62,439 nucleotides of DNA from Ignavibacterium sp. (GTDB lineage Bacteria; Bacteroidota; Ignavibacteria; Ignavibacteriales; Ignavibacteriaceae): assembly GCA_020354005.1 (NCBI GenBank), contig CP070637.1:1869049-1931487 (forward strand), in the 5' to 3' direction. The notes below the pieces were generated by a model. It ran no database searches. It saw only the letters and a program-made list of their open reading frames with translations, and was not told the DNA's origin. Made by a program: the position numbers and the translations under genes. This document shows positions 44,961 through 54,021 of this stretch, piece by piece. The stretch's first letter is position 1. The number at the start of each line of letters is the position of its first letter.

Positions 44961-47723
44961 ATGAACGAAAAAAATAAACCTCTTGTAGATATAGTAGATG
45001 ACCTGAAAGAGCGCGCAAAGGAGCTAAACTGTTTGTATGCAGTTCAGGAAATACTGCAGGACTTCGATGCAAGCGTTGAAGATATATGTGACAGATTAAT
45101 AAAGGCAATACCACATGGCTGGCAGTATCCGGATGTATGTCAGGCTTGCATAACTCTCAGGCATACAAAGTATCAATCCGAAGGATTTATAGAAACTGAA
45201 TGGTCTCAATGTACTGAGATAATTGTGCGTGATGAGGTTGTTGGGAAAATTTGTGTATTGTACATAGAGGAACGGCCAATTGCTGACGAGGGACCATTCC
45301 TTAAAGAAGAGCGTAAACTTATTGATACAATTGCGGAACTGTTTGGACTATTTTTATTGCATAAGCAGCTAAAAGCAATTTTTGAAGGTCAGGATTTAAA
45401 GGATGAAGAGCAAAAAACTGAGTGGTTGGTAATAATCGATCTGTTGAGACGGACTGATCCGAATTTACTTATCAGGGTATCAAGAAGGATGGTAAACTAC
45501 CTTTTCTGGAATGGAATAAAAGAAGCAGAGGAGTTGATGAATCACTTTAGTCCATCATATAAAAGGGGAATTAATCCTTTAGAAGAAATAAACAAACCAT
45601 TTCAAAAACAGATAAGTGCCGATATACTTTCAATCAGCAACGACATATTTAAAGTAGCAGGAAAGCATTTAAAGAAAGAGCAGACCTTGGAACTAATCCA
45701 AAACTGGATTAAAGAAGACCGGTCGAACTTCCTGGTTAATACACTGGAAAATTCCGGTTCCACATTATTACAGATTAGCGGTGCAATAGAAAAATATTAT
45801 CATTTATCACCGCTTGGTTTAGAACTATCAAAACCCCGCGAAAGGAGTTTAAGAGTATCATTAACAAGGCGACTCCTAAATGATAAGTCAAGTTTTGTGC
45901 GTATTGCAGGAAAAGTTATCGAGGTTAAAGATTTTAATGATCTGATTAAACGTATAATCTTTCCGGTGGGAAGTCACGGAAAACTTGGCGGTAAAAGCTC
46001 AGGTCTTTTCTTAGCAATGCAAATCTTGAAAAAGGCAACGGCAAATAAAGAAATACTTGGAGAGGTCAAGTATCCTAAAACTTGGTATATAACTTCCGAT
46101 GGAATTTTCAATCTTATGAATTACAATGATCTGTCGGATGTAATCGAACAGAAATATAAAAATATCGATCAGGTAAGACAGGAGTATCCATATATAATTC
46201 AGTTGTTTAAAAATTCACTTTTTGATCCTGAAATTATTAAGGGTCTTTCTGTTGCTTTAGATGATTTGGGTGAAGTTCCAGTGATAGTCCGAAGCTCAAG
46301 TCTACTTGAAGACCAGGTGGGAGCATCTTTTGCGGGCAAATACAAAAGTTTGTTCCTTGCTAATCAAGGTTCAAAGGAAGAACGTCTCATTGCTTTGATG
46401 GATGCAATTGCAGAAGTTTATGCATCTACTTTTGGTCCCGATCCTGTTGAATACCGGGCACAGCACGGTCTGCTCGATTATCATGAAGAGATGGGGATTA
46501 TGATACAGGAAGTTGTTGGTAAAAAAGTTGGAAAATATTTATTACCTGCTTTTGCCGGTGTTGCATTTAGCCAGAATGAATTTAGGTGGTCGAGCCGGAT
46601 TAAAAGGGAAGATGGATTGATAAGAGTTGTTCCCGGTCTTGGTACAAGGGCGGTTGATCGATTAAGCGATGATTATCCAATCTTAATTGCACCCGGACAG
46701 CCGAGATTGCGTGTTAATGTTACACAGGATGAAGTGATTAGATATTCACCAAGGCATATTGATGTTATGAATTTAGAGACTCGTTCCTTTGAAACAATCG
46801 AAATAGATAATTTGCTAAAACAGTATGGTAAGGAATATCCCCAAATAAGCAAGCTTGTTTCAGTTTTGAAAGATGATATTCTTAAAAAACCGAGAGCATT
46901 GGGAATTGATTTCGAGAAAGACCAATTTGTTGTAACTATGGAGGGCTTAATTACCGATACACATTTTGTTAAACAGGTAAGTACAATTCTATCCGAGTTG
47001 CAGGATAAATATGGTAATCCTGTTGATATTGAGTTTGCACACGATGGAGAGAACTTATACTTATTACAGTGCCGCACCCAGAGTTTTGTTGGTGATAGCA
47101 AGCCTGCGGAAATCCCAGAAGATATACCTGATGAAAAAATTATATTCAGTGCAAACCGTTTTATCTCAAACGGTGTTGTTTCTAATATCACCCTCATTGT
47201 TTACGTTGATCCTCAAAAGTATAGCGAGATTGAAAGTCACGAAGAATTATTAGCAGTCGGAAAAGCAATCGGAAAATTAAACTCTATTTTACCACAGCGC
47301 CAATTTATCCTAATGGGACCCGGACGTTGGGGCAGCAGAGGTGATATTAAGCTTGGTGTAAGTATTACCTATTCCGATATTAACAATACCAGTATGCTAA
47401 TTGAAATTGCCCGTAGAAAGAAAGGTTATGTACCAGATCTTTCCTTTGGTACACATTTCTTTCAGGATCTTGTAGAGGGAAATATCCGTTACCTACCACT
47501 TTACCCTGATGATGAAGGAATTATTTTTAATGAAGATTTTCTCGACAAATCAAAAAACGTACTTCCCGACGTTTTCCCGGAGGCTAAAGAATTATCCGAT
47601 GTAATTAAGATAATTAACGTGCCGGATAGTACCAATGGTGAGGTTTTAAATGTTCTTATGAATGCTGATATGGAAGAGGCAGTGGCAATCCTCGCAAATC
47701 AGGATCAATATAGTTCAAAATAG
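44961..47723 (+). CDS. PEP/pyruvate-binding (PPDK_N ATP-grasp) domain protein with an N-terminal sensor-like module; paralogue B
   Basis: About 920 aa.
- N-terminal module: ELNCLYAVQEIL...PHGWQYPDVCQACITL...GPFLKEERKLIDTIAELFG.
- PPDK_N hallmarks: LGGKSSGL, VIVRSSSLLEDQVGASFAGKYKS, MGIMIQEVVG, GLGTRAVD, PVDIEFAH, LLQCR.
- C-terminal module: ILMGPGRWGSRGDIKLGV...SFGTHFFQDL.
- The ATG at 44961 is 13 nt after the paralogue A stop; the track begins at the TTG at 44955. Confidence 0.8.
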   Translation: MNEKNKPLVDIVDDLKERAKELNCLYAVQEILQDFDASVEDICDRLIKAIPHGWQYPDVCQACITLRHTKYQSEGFIETEWSQCTEIIVRDEVVGKICVLYIEERPIADEGPFLKEERKLIDTIAELFGLFLLHKQLKAIFEGQDLKDEEQKTEWLVIIDLLRRTDPNLLIRVSRRMVNYLFWNGIKEAEELMNHFSPSYKRGINPLEEINKPFQKQISADILSISNDIFKVAGKHLKKEQTLELIQNWIKEDRSNFLVNTLENSGSTLLQISGAIEKYYHLSPLGLELSKPRERSLRVSLTRRLLNDKSSFVRIAGKVIEVKDFNDLIKRIIFPVGSHGKLGGKSSGLFLAMQILKKATANKEILGEVKYPKTWYITSDGIFNLMNYNDLSDVIEQKYKNIDQVRQEYPYIIQLFKNSLFDPEIIKGLSVALDDLGEVPVIVRSSSLLEDQVGASFAGKYKSLFLANQGSKEERLIALMDAIAEVYASTFGPDPVEYRAQHGLLDYHEEMGIMIQEVVGKKVGKYLLPAFAGVAFSQNEFRWSSRIKREDGLIRVVPGLGTRAVDRLSDDYPILIAPGQPRLRVNVTQDEVIRYSPRHIDVMNLETRSFETIEIDNLLKQYGKEYPQISKLVSVLKDDILKKPRALGIDFEKDQFVVTMEGLITDTHFVKQVSTILSELQDKYGNPVDIEFAHDGENLYLLQCRTQSFVGDSKPAEIPEDIPDEKIIFSANRFISNGVVSNITLIVYVDPQKYSEIESHEELLAVGKAIGKLNSILPQRQFILMGPGRWGSRGDIKLGVSITYSDINNTSMLIEIARRKKGYVPDLSFGTHFFQDLVEGNIRYLPLYPDDEGIIFNEDFLDKSKNVLPDVFPEAKELSDVIKIINVPDSTNGEVLNVLMNADMEEAVAILANQDQYSSK

Positions 47724-47733
47724 GTATAGTAAA

Positions 47734-49185
47734 TTATTGAGTAACTTCCTCTGTTTCCCTTACTAATTTTTCACCACTCCGAACCCACTTTATAAGTCCT
47801 CCCATAACATTTACTGCTTCATATCCATTGGATTCTAAAAATGATAAAGCGTAACGTGACCGGTTACCGGACAAGCACTGAACCATTATTTTTTTATCCT
47901 TCGGTACTTCTTCAAGGTGATTGTATAGTTGTGTGTGTGCAATATTGTAGGCACCCTTAATGAATCCTATTTCCTCTAATTCAGAGGCTCTGCGGACATC
48001 AAGCAAAAAGTTGTTTTCATCCACCAGCATCTCTTTTAATTCCGTAGCCGTAATGTCCTCCGAAGTAATAAATTCTCCACCACTTGATTTATACTCGGCT
48101 AAATCATCATCAGTAAAGAAACCTTGGATGTTATCTAGACCTATCCTGATAAGATCGATAACTGCCTCTTGATATTGATCTTCCTCTAAGATTAAATAGA
48201 TAGATTTATCAGGTGTAACATAGCAGCCAACTGTAGTGTTAAATGCTGAATCCATCGGTGCAAATATTGAACCACTTAAATGCCCGCTTTTATATTTTTT
48301 CCAGTTCCGTGTGTCAATAATAATTGTGTCATCATTACTAACAACTTCATTTATTACAGAGGTTTTTAATCTTGTTGGCTCGGGGAATTTTCCTAAATAT
48401 TTGGGACCAGTTTTATTTTCAAACTTCATTCTGGCAAAGTACATAGGCGGCTCCGGCTGACCTGATAAAATATAATTTACAAATCCATCTTTGTTACCTG
48501 CTTCCCTTATTGCCGGATTAAATTGTAATTCATAGCCTACAGTAGATGAAGGAACTGCACCCAATGCCTTCCCGCAAGCAGAACCGGCACCGTGCCCCGG
48601 CCAAACCTGCAGATAATTCTGGAATGATTTGAATTTTTGTAATGACTCGTATAGTTCTTTTGCAGAAGGAACCATAGCACCTTCCATCCCTGCTGCTGAT
48701 TCAAGTAAGTCGGGTCTTCCCACATCACCTACAAAAACAAAGTCTCCTGAAATAATCCCCATTGGATTACCACCACCACCTGCTAAATCGGATACCACAT
48801 AACAAATGTGTTCCGGTGTGTGACCGGGTGTATGAACTATCTCAAACTTAATATTTCCAAACTGAAAAGTGTCACCGTCTTTGAGAAGTCTTGAAGTATA
48901 ATCACCATTTTTTACCCATTCATATTTCCAATCGTCTGTTCCTTCATCGGAAACGAGGATTTGAATTTTTAGACGATCTCCAAATTCTTTTAATCCAGAA
49001 AGATAATCTGCGTGAATATGCGTTTCTGTACCAGCAACAATTTTTAATCCCTCTGCATTTGCGATGTTGATATACCTGTCAATATCACGCATCGGATCAA
49101 TTATAACCGCTTCTCTTGTTTGCTGGCAGCCAATGAGGTAAGAGTATTGTGCTAACTTCGGTTCAAATATTTGTCTGAAAAACAT
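47734..49185 (-). CDS. MBL-fold persulfide-dioxygenase-like domain fused to two rhodanese-homology domains (CstB-like architecture)
   Basis: 483 aa.
- Metallo-beta-lactamase motifs: ETHIHADYLSG, HTPGHTPEH, GDVGRPDL.
- The middle rhodanese-like domain has no active-site Cys.
- The C-terminal rhodanese has the loop VQCLSGNRS. Confidence 0.85.
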   Translation of the reverse strand: MFFRQIFEPKLAQYSYLIGCQQTREAVIIDPMRDIDRYINIANAEGLKIVAGTETHIHADYLSGLKEFGDRLKIQILVSDEGTDDWKYEWVKNGDYTSRLLKDGDTFQFGNIKFEIVHTPGHTPEHICYVVSDLAGGGGNPMGIISGDFVFVGDVGRPDLLESAAGMEGAMVPSAKELYESLQKFKSFQNYLQVWPGHGAGSACGKALGAVPSSTVGYELQFNPAIREAGNKDGFVNYILSGQPEPPMYFARMKFENKTGPKYLGKFPEPTRLKTSVINEVVSNDDTIIIDTRNWKKYKSGHLSGSIFAPMDSAFNTTVGCYVTPDKSIYLILEEDQYQEAVIDLIRIGLDNIQGFFTDDDLAEYKSSGGEFITSEDITATELKEMLVDENNFLLDVRRASELEEIGFIKGAYNIAHTQLYNHLEEVPKDKKIMVQCLSGNRSRYALSFLESNGYEAVNVMGGLIKWVRSGEKLVRETEEVTQ

Positions 49186-49209
49186 AGTTCATCTCTGTTT
49201 TTGTATGAT

Positions 49210-49256
49210 AAAAAAGTTAAGGTTATTTCTTAGATATTAATCTTTGAAATAACCTT
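49210..49256 (-). terminator. rho-independent terminator after the peroxiredoxin gene
   Basis: An 11-bp perfect stem pairs aaggttatttc (49219..49229) with gaaataacctt (49246..49256). On the minus strand it is followed by aacTTTTTT. It separates the peroxiredoxin gene from the MBL-rhodanese gene. Confidence 0.7.
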
Positions 49257-49284
49257 ACACAATTTAGTTTATTTCTAAATTTCC

Positions 49285-49923
49285 TCACTTATTTGGCTGC
49301 GGTGTTATACGCAAATAAGGTTTGACTGCTTTGTAACCTTTGGGAAACCTTTCCTTCAATTCTTTCTCATTCTGAATTGAGGTAACAATGACAACATCAT
49401 CGCCATCCTTCCAATTAACCGGGGTAGAAACACCATAATTTGCAGTTAATTGTAATGAGTCTGTTACTCTTAGGATCTCAGTAAAATTTCTTCCGGTGGA
49501 AGCCGGATAGGTAATTGTTAGTGCGACAGTTTTATCAGGTTTTATTATAAATACAGATCTGACAGTTTCTGTTTTATCGGCATTTGGGTGCACCATATCG
49601 TAAAGCTGAGATACTTTTTTATCAGCATCGGCAATTACCGGAAAATTCATCTCAGTATTTTGTGTTTCATTAATATCCTTTATCCATTCGGCGTGTGCAC
49701 TTGATGGGTCAACAGACAAACCAAGTACTTTCACACCTCTTTTATCAAACTCGGATTTTAGTTTTGCAACCTCTCCAAGTTCGGTAGTGCAAACCGGTGT
49801 AAAGTCTTTGGGATGAGAGAATAATATTCCCCATGAATCTCCAAGATAATCGTAAAAATTTATTTTTCCTTCACTCGATTCCTGTGTGAAGTCCGGTGCT
49901 TTATCACCCAATCGAATAGACAT
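49285..49923 (-). CDS. 1-Cys peroxiredoxin (Prx6-type)
   Basis: 212 aa. It has the peroxidatic motif DFTPVCTTE. Only one Cys is present in the whole protein. The Prx6-like C-terminal extension is present. Confidence 0.9.
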   Translation of the reverse strand: MSIRLGDKAPDFTQESSEGKINFYDYLGDSWGILFSHPKDFTPVCTTELGEVAKLKSEFDKRGVKVLGLSVDPSSAHAEWIKDINETQNTEMNFPVIADADKKVSQLYDMVHPNADKTETVRSVFIIKPDKTVALTITYPASTGRNFTEILRVTDSLQLTANYGVSTPVNWKDGDDVVIVTSIQNEKELKERFPKGYKAVKPYLRITPQPNK

Positions 49924-50276
49924 ATGTACCTCCTATGTTTGATGTAATTTATTGGATTAATGAGATTAAGACACTTATAGCATTAGCAGATTGTGTGCTT
50001 AATTAACAGTTTAAAAAATTCAAAACTAAACAATAAGTAATTTCAGGAAATGTGAGAAGAAAATAAGCAGAAACCTAGCAAGTGCTCCTCTCAGAAATCT
50101 TGATGCCAAGATATAGCTAAAACTTAATTATTTCAACAACTAAGGGAGTTTGTGTGATGTATGCACATTCAGCTTTTATTTTTCGTTTTTTATTGCTTAT
50201 TTCATATTGTTTTTTAATCTTCAAGGTTATAACTCATATCATAATTTTTTCCTTTAACATTTTTTAGGAGGGCACA

Positions 50277-51053
50277 ATGAAAAATGTGTATTTCTCTCTA
50301 TCATTTCTTATCCTGTTCATTCTCTCTGTCTGTAGTATTACAGCGCAGGAAAGTTCAACAGAACCATTAATGTTTCTCGTTCATGAGGATGTTGTATATC
50401 CATATATGGCCGATCAATATGAAAGCACCATAAAAGAGTTCAAGGAACTGCTGACCAGCAGCAAAGTAGATGAAATGTCCTTTAATACTGCACAGATTGA
50501 ATACTTTACTTACACCTATTTAACACCTGTTACTAATTTCGAGGGACTGGCAAGTTATATGGCAACTGGGGAGTCTATGATGGAAAAAGTTGGTGCAGAA
50601 AAATTTGCAGATGTTATGAAAAGCTTTGATGGCTGTTATAGTTCGCACAGGAACTATTTGCTTAATTTACGTAATGATTTATCTTACATAGAAAAGCAAG
50701 GATTGGATCCGGAAGAAGGTCTTAATTTCAGGCATTTAGATTACTTTCACATTATACCGGGAAAAGCAGAGGAGTTTACAGAGGTTCTTAAAGAGTGGAA
50801 AGCATTATATGAAGCAAAGGGAATTAAGCAAGGATACAGGGTTTATTTTGGCGGAATGGGATTAGATCTGCCTATGGTTTTGATGGTAAGTCCATCTAAA
50901 AGCAGGGCACAGTGGGCAATGGAATCAGATGAACAGGATGAAATATTAGGTGAGGATTGGAATAGAATGATTAGCAAAACAATGGCGTTAGTTTGGAAGT
51001 TTGAACATAAAAATGGAATGATGAGGCCGGATCTCTCTTACAAATTAAAATAA
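50277..51053 (+). CDS. secreted hypothetical protein
   Basis: 258 aa with a signal peptide (FSLSFLILFILSVCSITAQ). AGGAGG lies 6 nt upstream of the ATG. No family motif recognised. Confidence 0.5.
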   Translation: MKNVYFSLSFLILFILSVCSITAQESSTEPLMFLVHEDVVYPYMADQYESTIKEFKELLTSSKVDEMSFNTAQIEYFTYTYLTPVTNFEGLASYMATGESMMEKVGAEKFADVMKSFDGCYSSHRNYLLNLRNDLSYIEKQGLDPEEGLNFRHLDYFHIIPGKAEEFTEVLKEWKALYEAKGIKQGYRVYFGGMGLDLPMVLMVSPSKSRAQWAMESDEQDEILGEDWNRMISKTMALVWKFEHKNGMMRPDLSYKLK

Positions 51054-51306
51054 TATTTGTAACCTGACATAGTGTTTTTAGACTGGTTATAAAATATTTG
51101 ATTTATGATCATTTTTAGAAAATAAGTTATAAGATAGAATAAGTATGTCTTTATCTAAATAATTATGTCTAATTAATAGAACATTCTTAAAATGAGCATT
51201 TGTTGGTATTCATCTAACAGTTAAAATTTTGTCATATAATACATTTTTGTTCCATATCCTCGTTTGGTACGCTGATTGGGTTTGATTTAGTAAGGAATAA
51301 GAAAGG

Positions 51307-51570
51307 ATGATGAAAATGTTAACAAAAAAGATAAGTTTCGTGGTACCTCAGCCAGCAAACGTTACGATGAAATTGTACGATTCGATTGGCAATTTTATTA
51401 CAACAGTTTTCAAAGAGAAAAAACCAGTGGGAATTTATAAAGTAGAATTTTCAGCTGATGAAAAAACAGTTGCTAGCGAAGATATTTATACTCTGCGGAG
51501 TGGTAATTACAAATATGAGCTAATTATAGGCAGCAATGTAGAAACAAAAAGAATGGATTTGAGAAAATAA
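51307..51570 (+). CDS. 87-aa ORF consisting essentially of a T9SS C-terminal-sorting-domain-like (FlgD-Ig-like) segment; possible gene remnant
   Basis: ISFVVPQPANVTMKLYDSIGNFITTVF..KKPVGIYKVEF....LRSGNYKYELIIGSNVETKRMDLRK parallels the CTDs of the three cargo proteins in this window. It has no signal peptide and no cargo domain. Its own terminator follows. Confidence 0.4.
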   Translation: MMKMLTKKISFVVPQPANVTMKLYDSIGNFITTVFKEKKPVGIYKVEFSADEKTVASEDIYTLRSGNYKYELIIGSNVETKRMDLRK

Positions 51571-51601
51571 TCTGTAAATAATAGAGTTCATTAATACTTT
51601 T

Positions 51602-51626
51602 AGGCGATCTTATGATCGCCTTTTTT
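51602..51626 (+). terminator. rho-independent terminator
   Basis: aggcgatc ttat gatcgcct is followed by ttttt. It lies 31 nt after the stop of the 87-aa ORF. Confidence 0.7.
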
Positions 51627-51796
51627 ATTGGATTAAAAATAAATCTTTCCCGATAAGACTTCCGTTAAAAACATTTTTTTAAAGAAATACTTCTTTCAAA
51701 ACTGTATATGTTTTTTAAAAGATATTTTCACATTAAATTTGCAGGTGTAATGTGCATCAATTTCATTTGGGACTTTAATTAATTATCTAATATCAA

Positions 51797-52636
51797 TTGT
51801 GTGGAGGAGATGTGGAAAAGATAATTTATAAGATTACATCGATCATACTTCTTCTTGTTTTATTCTCTTGTGGAAAGAGTGATGAAAAGCAACCTGTTGA
51901 TAGAACAAGTTCACTTACTACAAAAGTCCACACTTTAGAAAAACAAACCGGGGACTGCTCTACCGAAGATTTAGGTAATTGTGCAATAATTCAGTTAGAA
52001 TATATTGAAGTATTTTATAGTGAAAATATTACGGTTGAGGAAAAAATTAATACCCGCATAAATAATGAACTTCTAAAACCTATCAGTAACGAAGAAAGCA
52101 ACGAAAGTTTTGAAGATATGATGACTGGCTTCCTTGATGAGTATAAAAATTTTAAAGAGGAATTCCCCAAATCGGCACAGCATTGGAAATTAGAGAGAAT
52201 TGCAACAGAACTATTTAAGAGTAAAAGCTTATTTTGTATTGAGTTATTTGAGTACGCTTATCTTGGGGGTGCACATCCAAATAGTTACAGGAACTTTATT
52301 AATTTCAATCTTACCAACGGTGATGACCTAAATTTATCAGATATATTAGTCAAGGATTATTCAGAAAAGCTACATGTTATTGGTGAAGAGATATTCAGGG
52401 AAATAAATGAAATTGAACTAACCAAAGATTTAACAGAAGCAGGCTACTGGTTCGATAACAATAAATTTAGTTTGAACAATAACTTTACTATAGACGAATA
52501 CGGTTTGACCTTCTATTACAATAATTATGAAATAACAGCATATGCATTTGGACCCACCGAATTATTCATACCATATAATCGTATCAGCGATTTAATAAAA
52601 CCGGATGGTTATTTAGGTGGTTTTATAAGTGACTGA
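51797..52636 (+). CDS. DUF4163/DUF3298-domain lipoprotein (RsiV-like fold family)
   Basis: The lipobox is LLVLFSCGK. The motif YAYLGGAHPNSYRNFINFNLTNGDDLNLSDIL is characteristic of DUF3298. The exact start is uncertain: the TTG at 51797 is tracked, and a GTG at 51812 is possible. Confidence 0.65.
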   Translation: MCGGDVEKIIYKITSIILLLVLFSCGKSDEKQPVDRTSSLTTKVHTLEKQTGDCSTEDLGNCAIIQLEYIEVFYSENITVEEKINTRINNELLKPISNEESNESFEDMMTGFLDEYKNFKEEFPKSAQHWKLERIATELFKSKSLFCIELFEYAYLGGAHPNSYRNFINFNLTNGDDLNLSDILVKDYSEKLHVIGEEIFREINEIELTKDLTEAGYWFDNNKFSLNNNFTIDEYGLTFYYNNYEITAYAFGPTELFIPYNRISDLIKPDGYLGGFISD

Positions 52637-52670
52637 CAGTTTTTATTAATCAAATAATTATATAAAAAAA

Positions 52671-53531
52671 GTGAAGAAAATCATGAAGATTATTCGCATC
52701 CTGCTAATTACTTTTTTATTAACTATTACAATCATGGCACAAGATGAAGAAAAAAAGGATACTCTGTGGACACCTTCGGGTGGTATTGGTTTGAATCTCT
52801 CGCAAGTGGCTTTTGAAAACTGGAGCCAGGGCGGAGAAAACTCGATTGCATTTACATTGTTTACCTTGTTGGGCTTAGATTATATTGGAGATCCTTGGAA
52901 ATGGAAAAACATGTTAAAGGTTACCTATGGAAGAACTAAAGTTGGTGATCAGGAATATAGAACAAATGATAATGAAATATTTTTTGAGAGTCTTCTAATC
53001 TACCATGTTAACTGGGAAATAAGCCCTTATGCTGGATTGACTGCAAGAACAGCAGTTACAAAGGGCTTTGATTATAGTGTTGATCCAGCACTGCAAATCG
53101 TAGATTTTCTTGACCCACTATATCTCACCCAGGGGCTAGGTTTTATTTATGATAAACTAGAAAATTTTAGTTTTAGATTAGGTGTTGGATTTAAACAAAC
53201 ATTTGCAAAGGATTTTAGTCCAAGATATACAGATGATCCTGAGACTCCAAACGAGGTGGAAGACTTTAAATTCGAATCCGGAATCGAATCTGTTACTACT
53301 TATAAAGTACAATTCTTGGGAAATATGGAATATTACACGTACCTGAGATTGTTTGGAAGATTTGAAGACATTTCGGTTTGGGACGTTAGATGGGATAATC
53401 TTTTAGTTGCAAAGATTAACGATTACTTTAATGTTAATTTCAATCTCCTTCTTATTCATGATATAGATGAAACACGCAGAACTCAGATTAAAGAAGCATT
53501 GCAATTAGGAGTATCATTTACATTATTTTAG
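52671..53531 (+). CDS. DUF3078-like outer-membrane beta-barrel protein
   Basis: It has a signal peptide, then W.PSGGIGLNLSQVAFENWSQGGENSIAF, the N-terminal signature I associate with DUF3078. The rest has alternating beta-strand pattern and ends in SFTLF. Confidence 0.6.
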   Translation: MKKIMKIIRILLITFLLTITIMAQDEEKKDTLWTPSGGIGLNLSQVAFENWSQGGENSIAFTLFTLLGLDYIGDPWKWKNMLKVTYGRTKVGDQEYRTNDNEIFFESLLIYHVNWEISPYAGLTARTAVTKGFDYSVDPALQIVDFLDPLYLTQGLGFIYDKLENFSFRLGVGFKQTFAKDFSPRYTDDPETPNEVEDFKFESGIESVTTYKVQFLGNMEYYTYLRLFGRFEDISVWDVRWDNLLVAKINDYFNVNFNLLLIHDIDETRRTQIKEALQLGVSFTLF

Positions 53532-53613
53532 GTCGCACATAAAAATAAATTTGCAACTTTGTTAAATTCCCCTTGAAATTGTCGTGATTACTAATAACTA
53601 TTCTCTATAGAAT

Positions 53614-54021
53614 ATGGTTTGTCCGGTTTGCAAAGAACAAATGATAATTCTTGAACTGCACGAAGTTGAGATTGATTACTGTCCAGCTTGTTCAGGTATA
53701 TGGCTTGATGCCGGTGAATTGGAGTTATTGCTTGAGGATCAGGGTGAAAGAGAAAAAATAGTGTCTTCATTCCACTTGGATCCTGAGCATCCCGAGAAAC
53801 CTTATAGATGTCCCATCTGTAGAAAGAAAATGGATAAAGTCTATGTTGGAGAAAAAAAAGAACTATTGATTGATAAATGCCCGGATAACGATGGTTTATG
53901 GTTTGATGAAGGTGAGCTAAAAGATGTTTTGAATTTGGGGGATAAGGATAATAAAGTTGTAGAACTGCTGAACGATCTATTCGGCGCAAATTTAAATAAT
54001 CAAAACGGAGGAAATAAATGA
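53614..54021 (+). CDS. double zinc-ribbon protein (two zf-TFIIB-type CxxC...CxxC modules)
   Basis: Module 1 is [10 protein letters not shown]......[17 protein letters not shown]. Module 2 is [10 protein letters not shown]......[17 protein letters not shown], whose second knuckle is degenerate. The stop overlaps the lemA start (ATGA). Confidence 0.7.
   Translation: MVCPVCKEQMIILELHEVEIDYCPACSGIWLDAGELELLLEDQGEREKIVSSFHLDPEHPEKPYRCPICRKKMDKVYVGEKKELLIDKCPDNDGLWFDEGELKDVLNLGDKDNKVVELLNDLFGANLNNQNGGNK

Noticed and set aside
46673-47253. ORFs 46673..47197 (minus strand) and 47011..47253 (plus strand, off-frame) inside PPDK_N paralogue B.
   Set aside because: They are nested within a gene whose frame carries the conserved ATP-grasp and GRWGS/GTHFF motifs.
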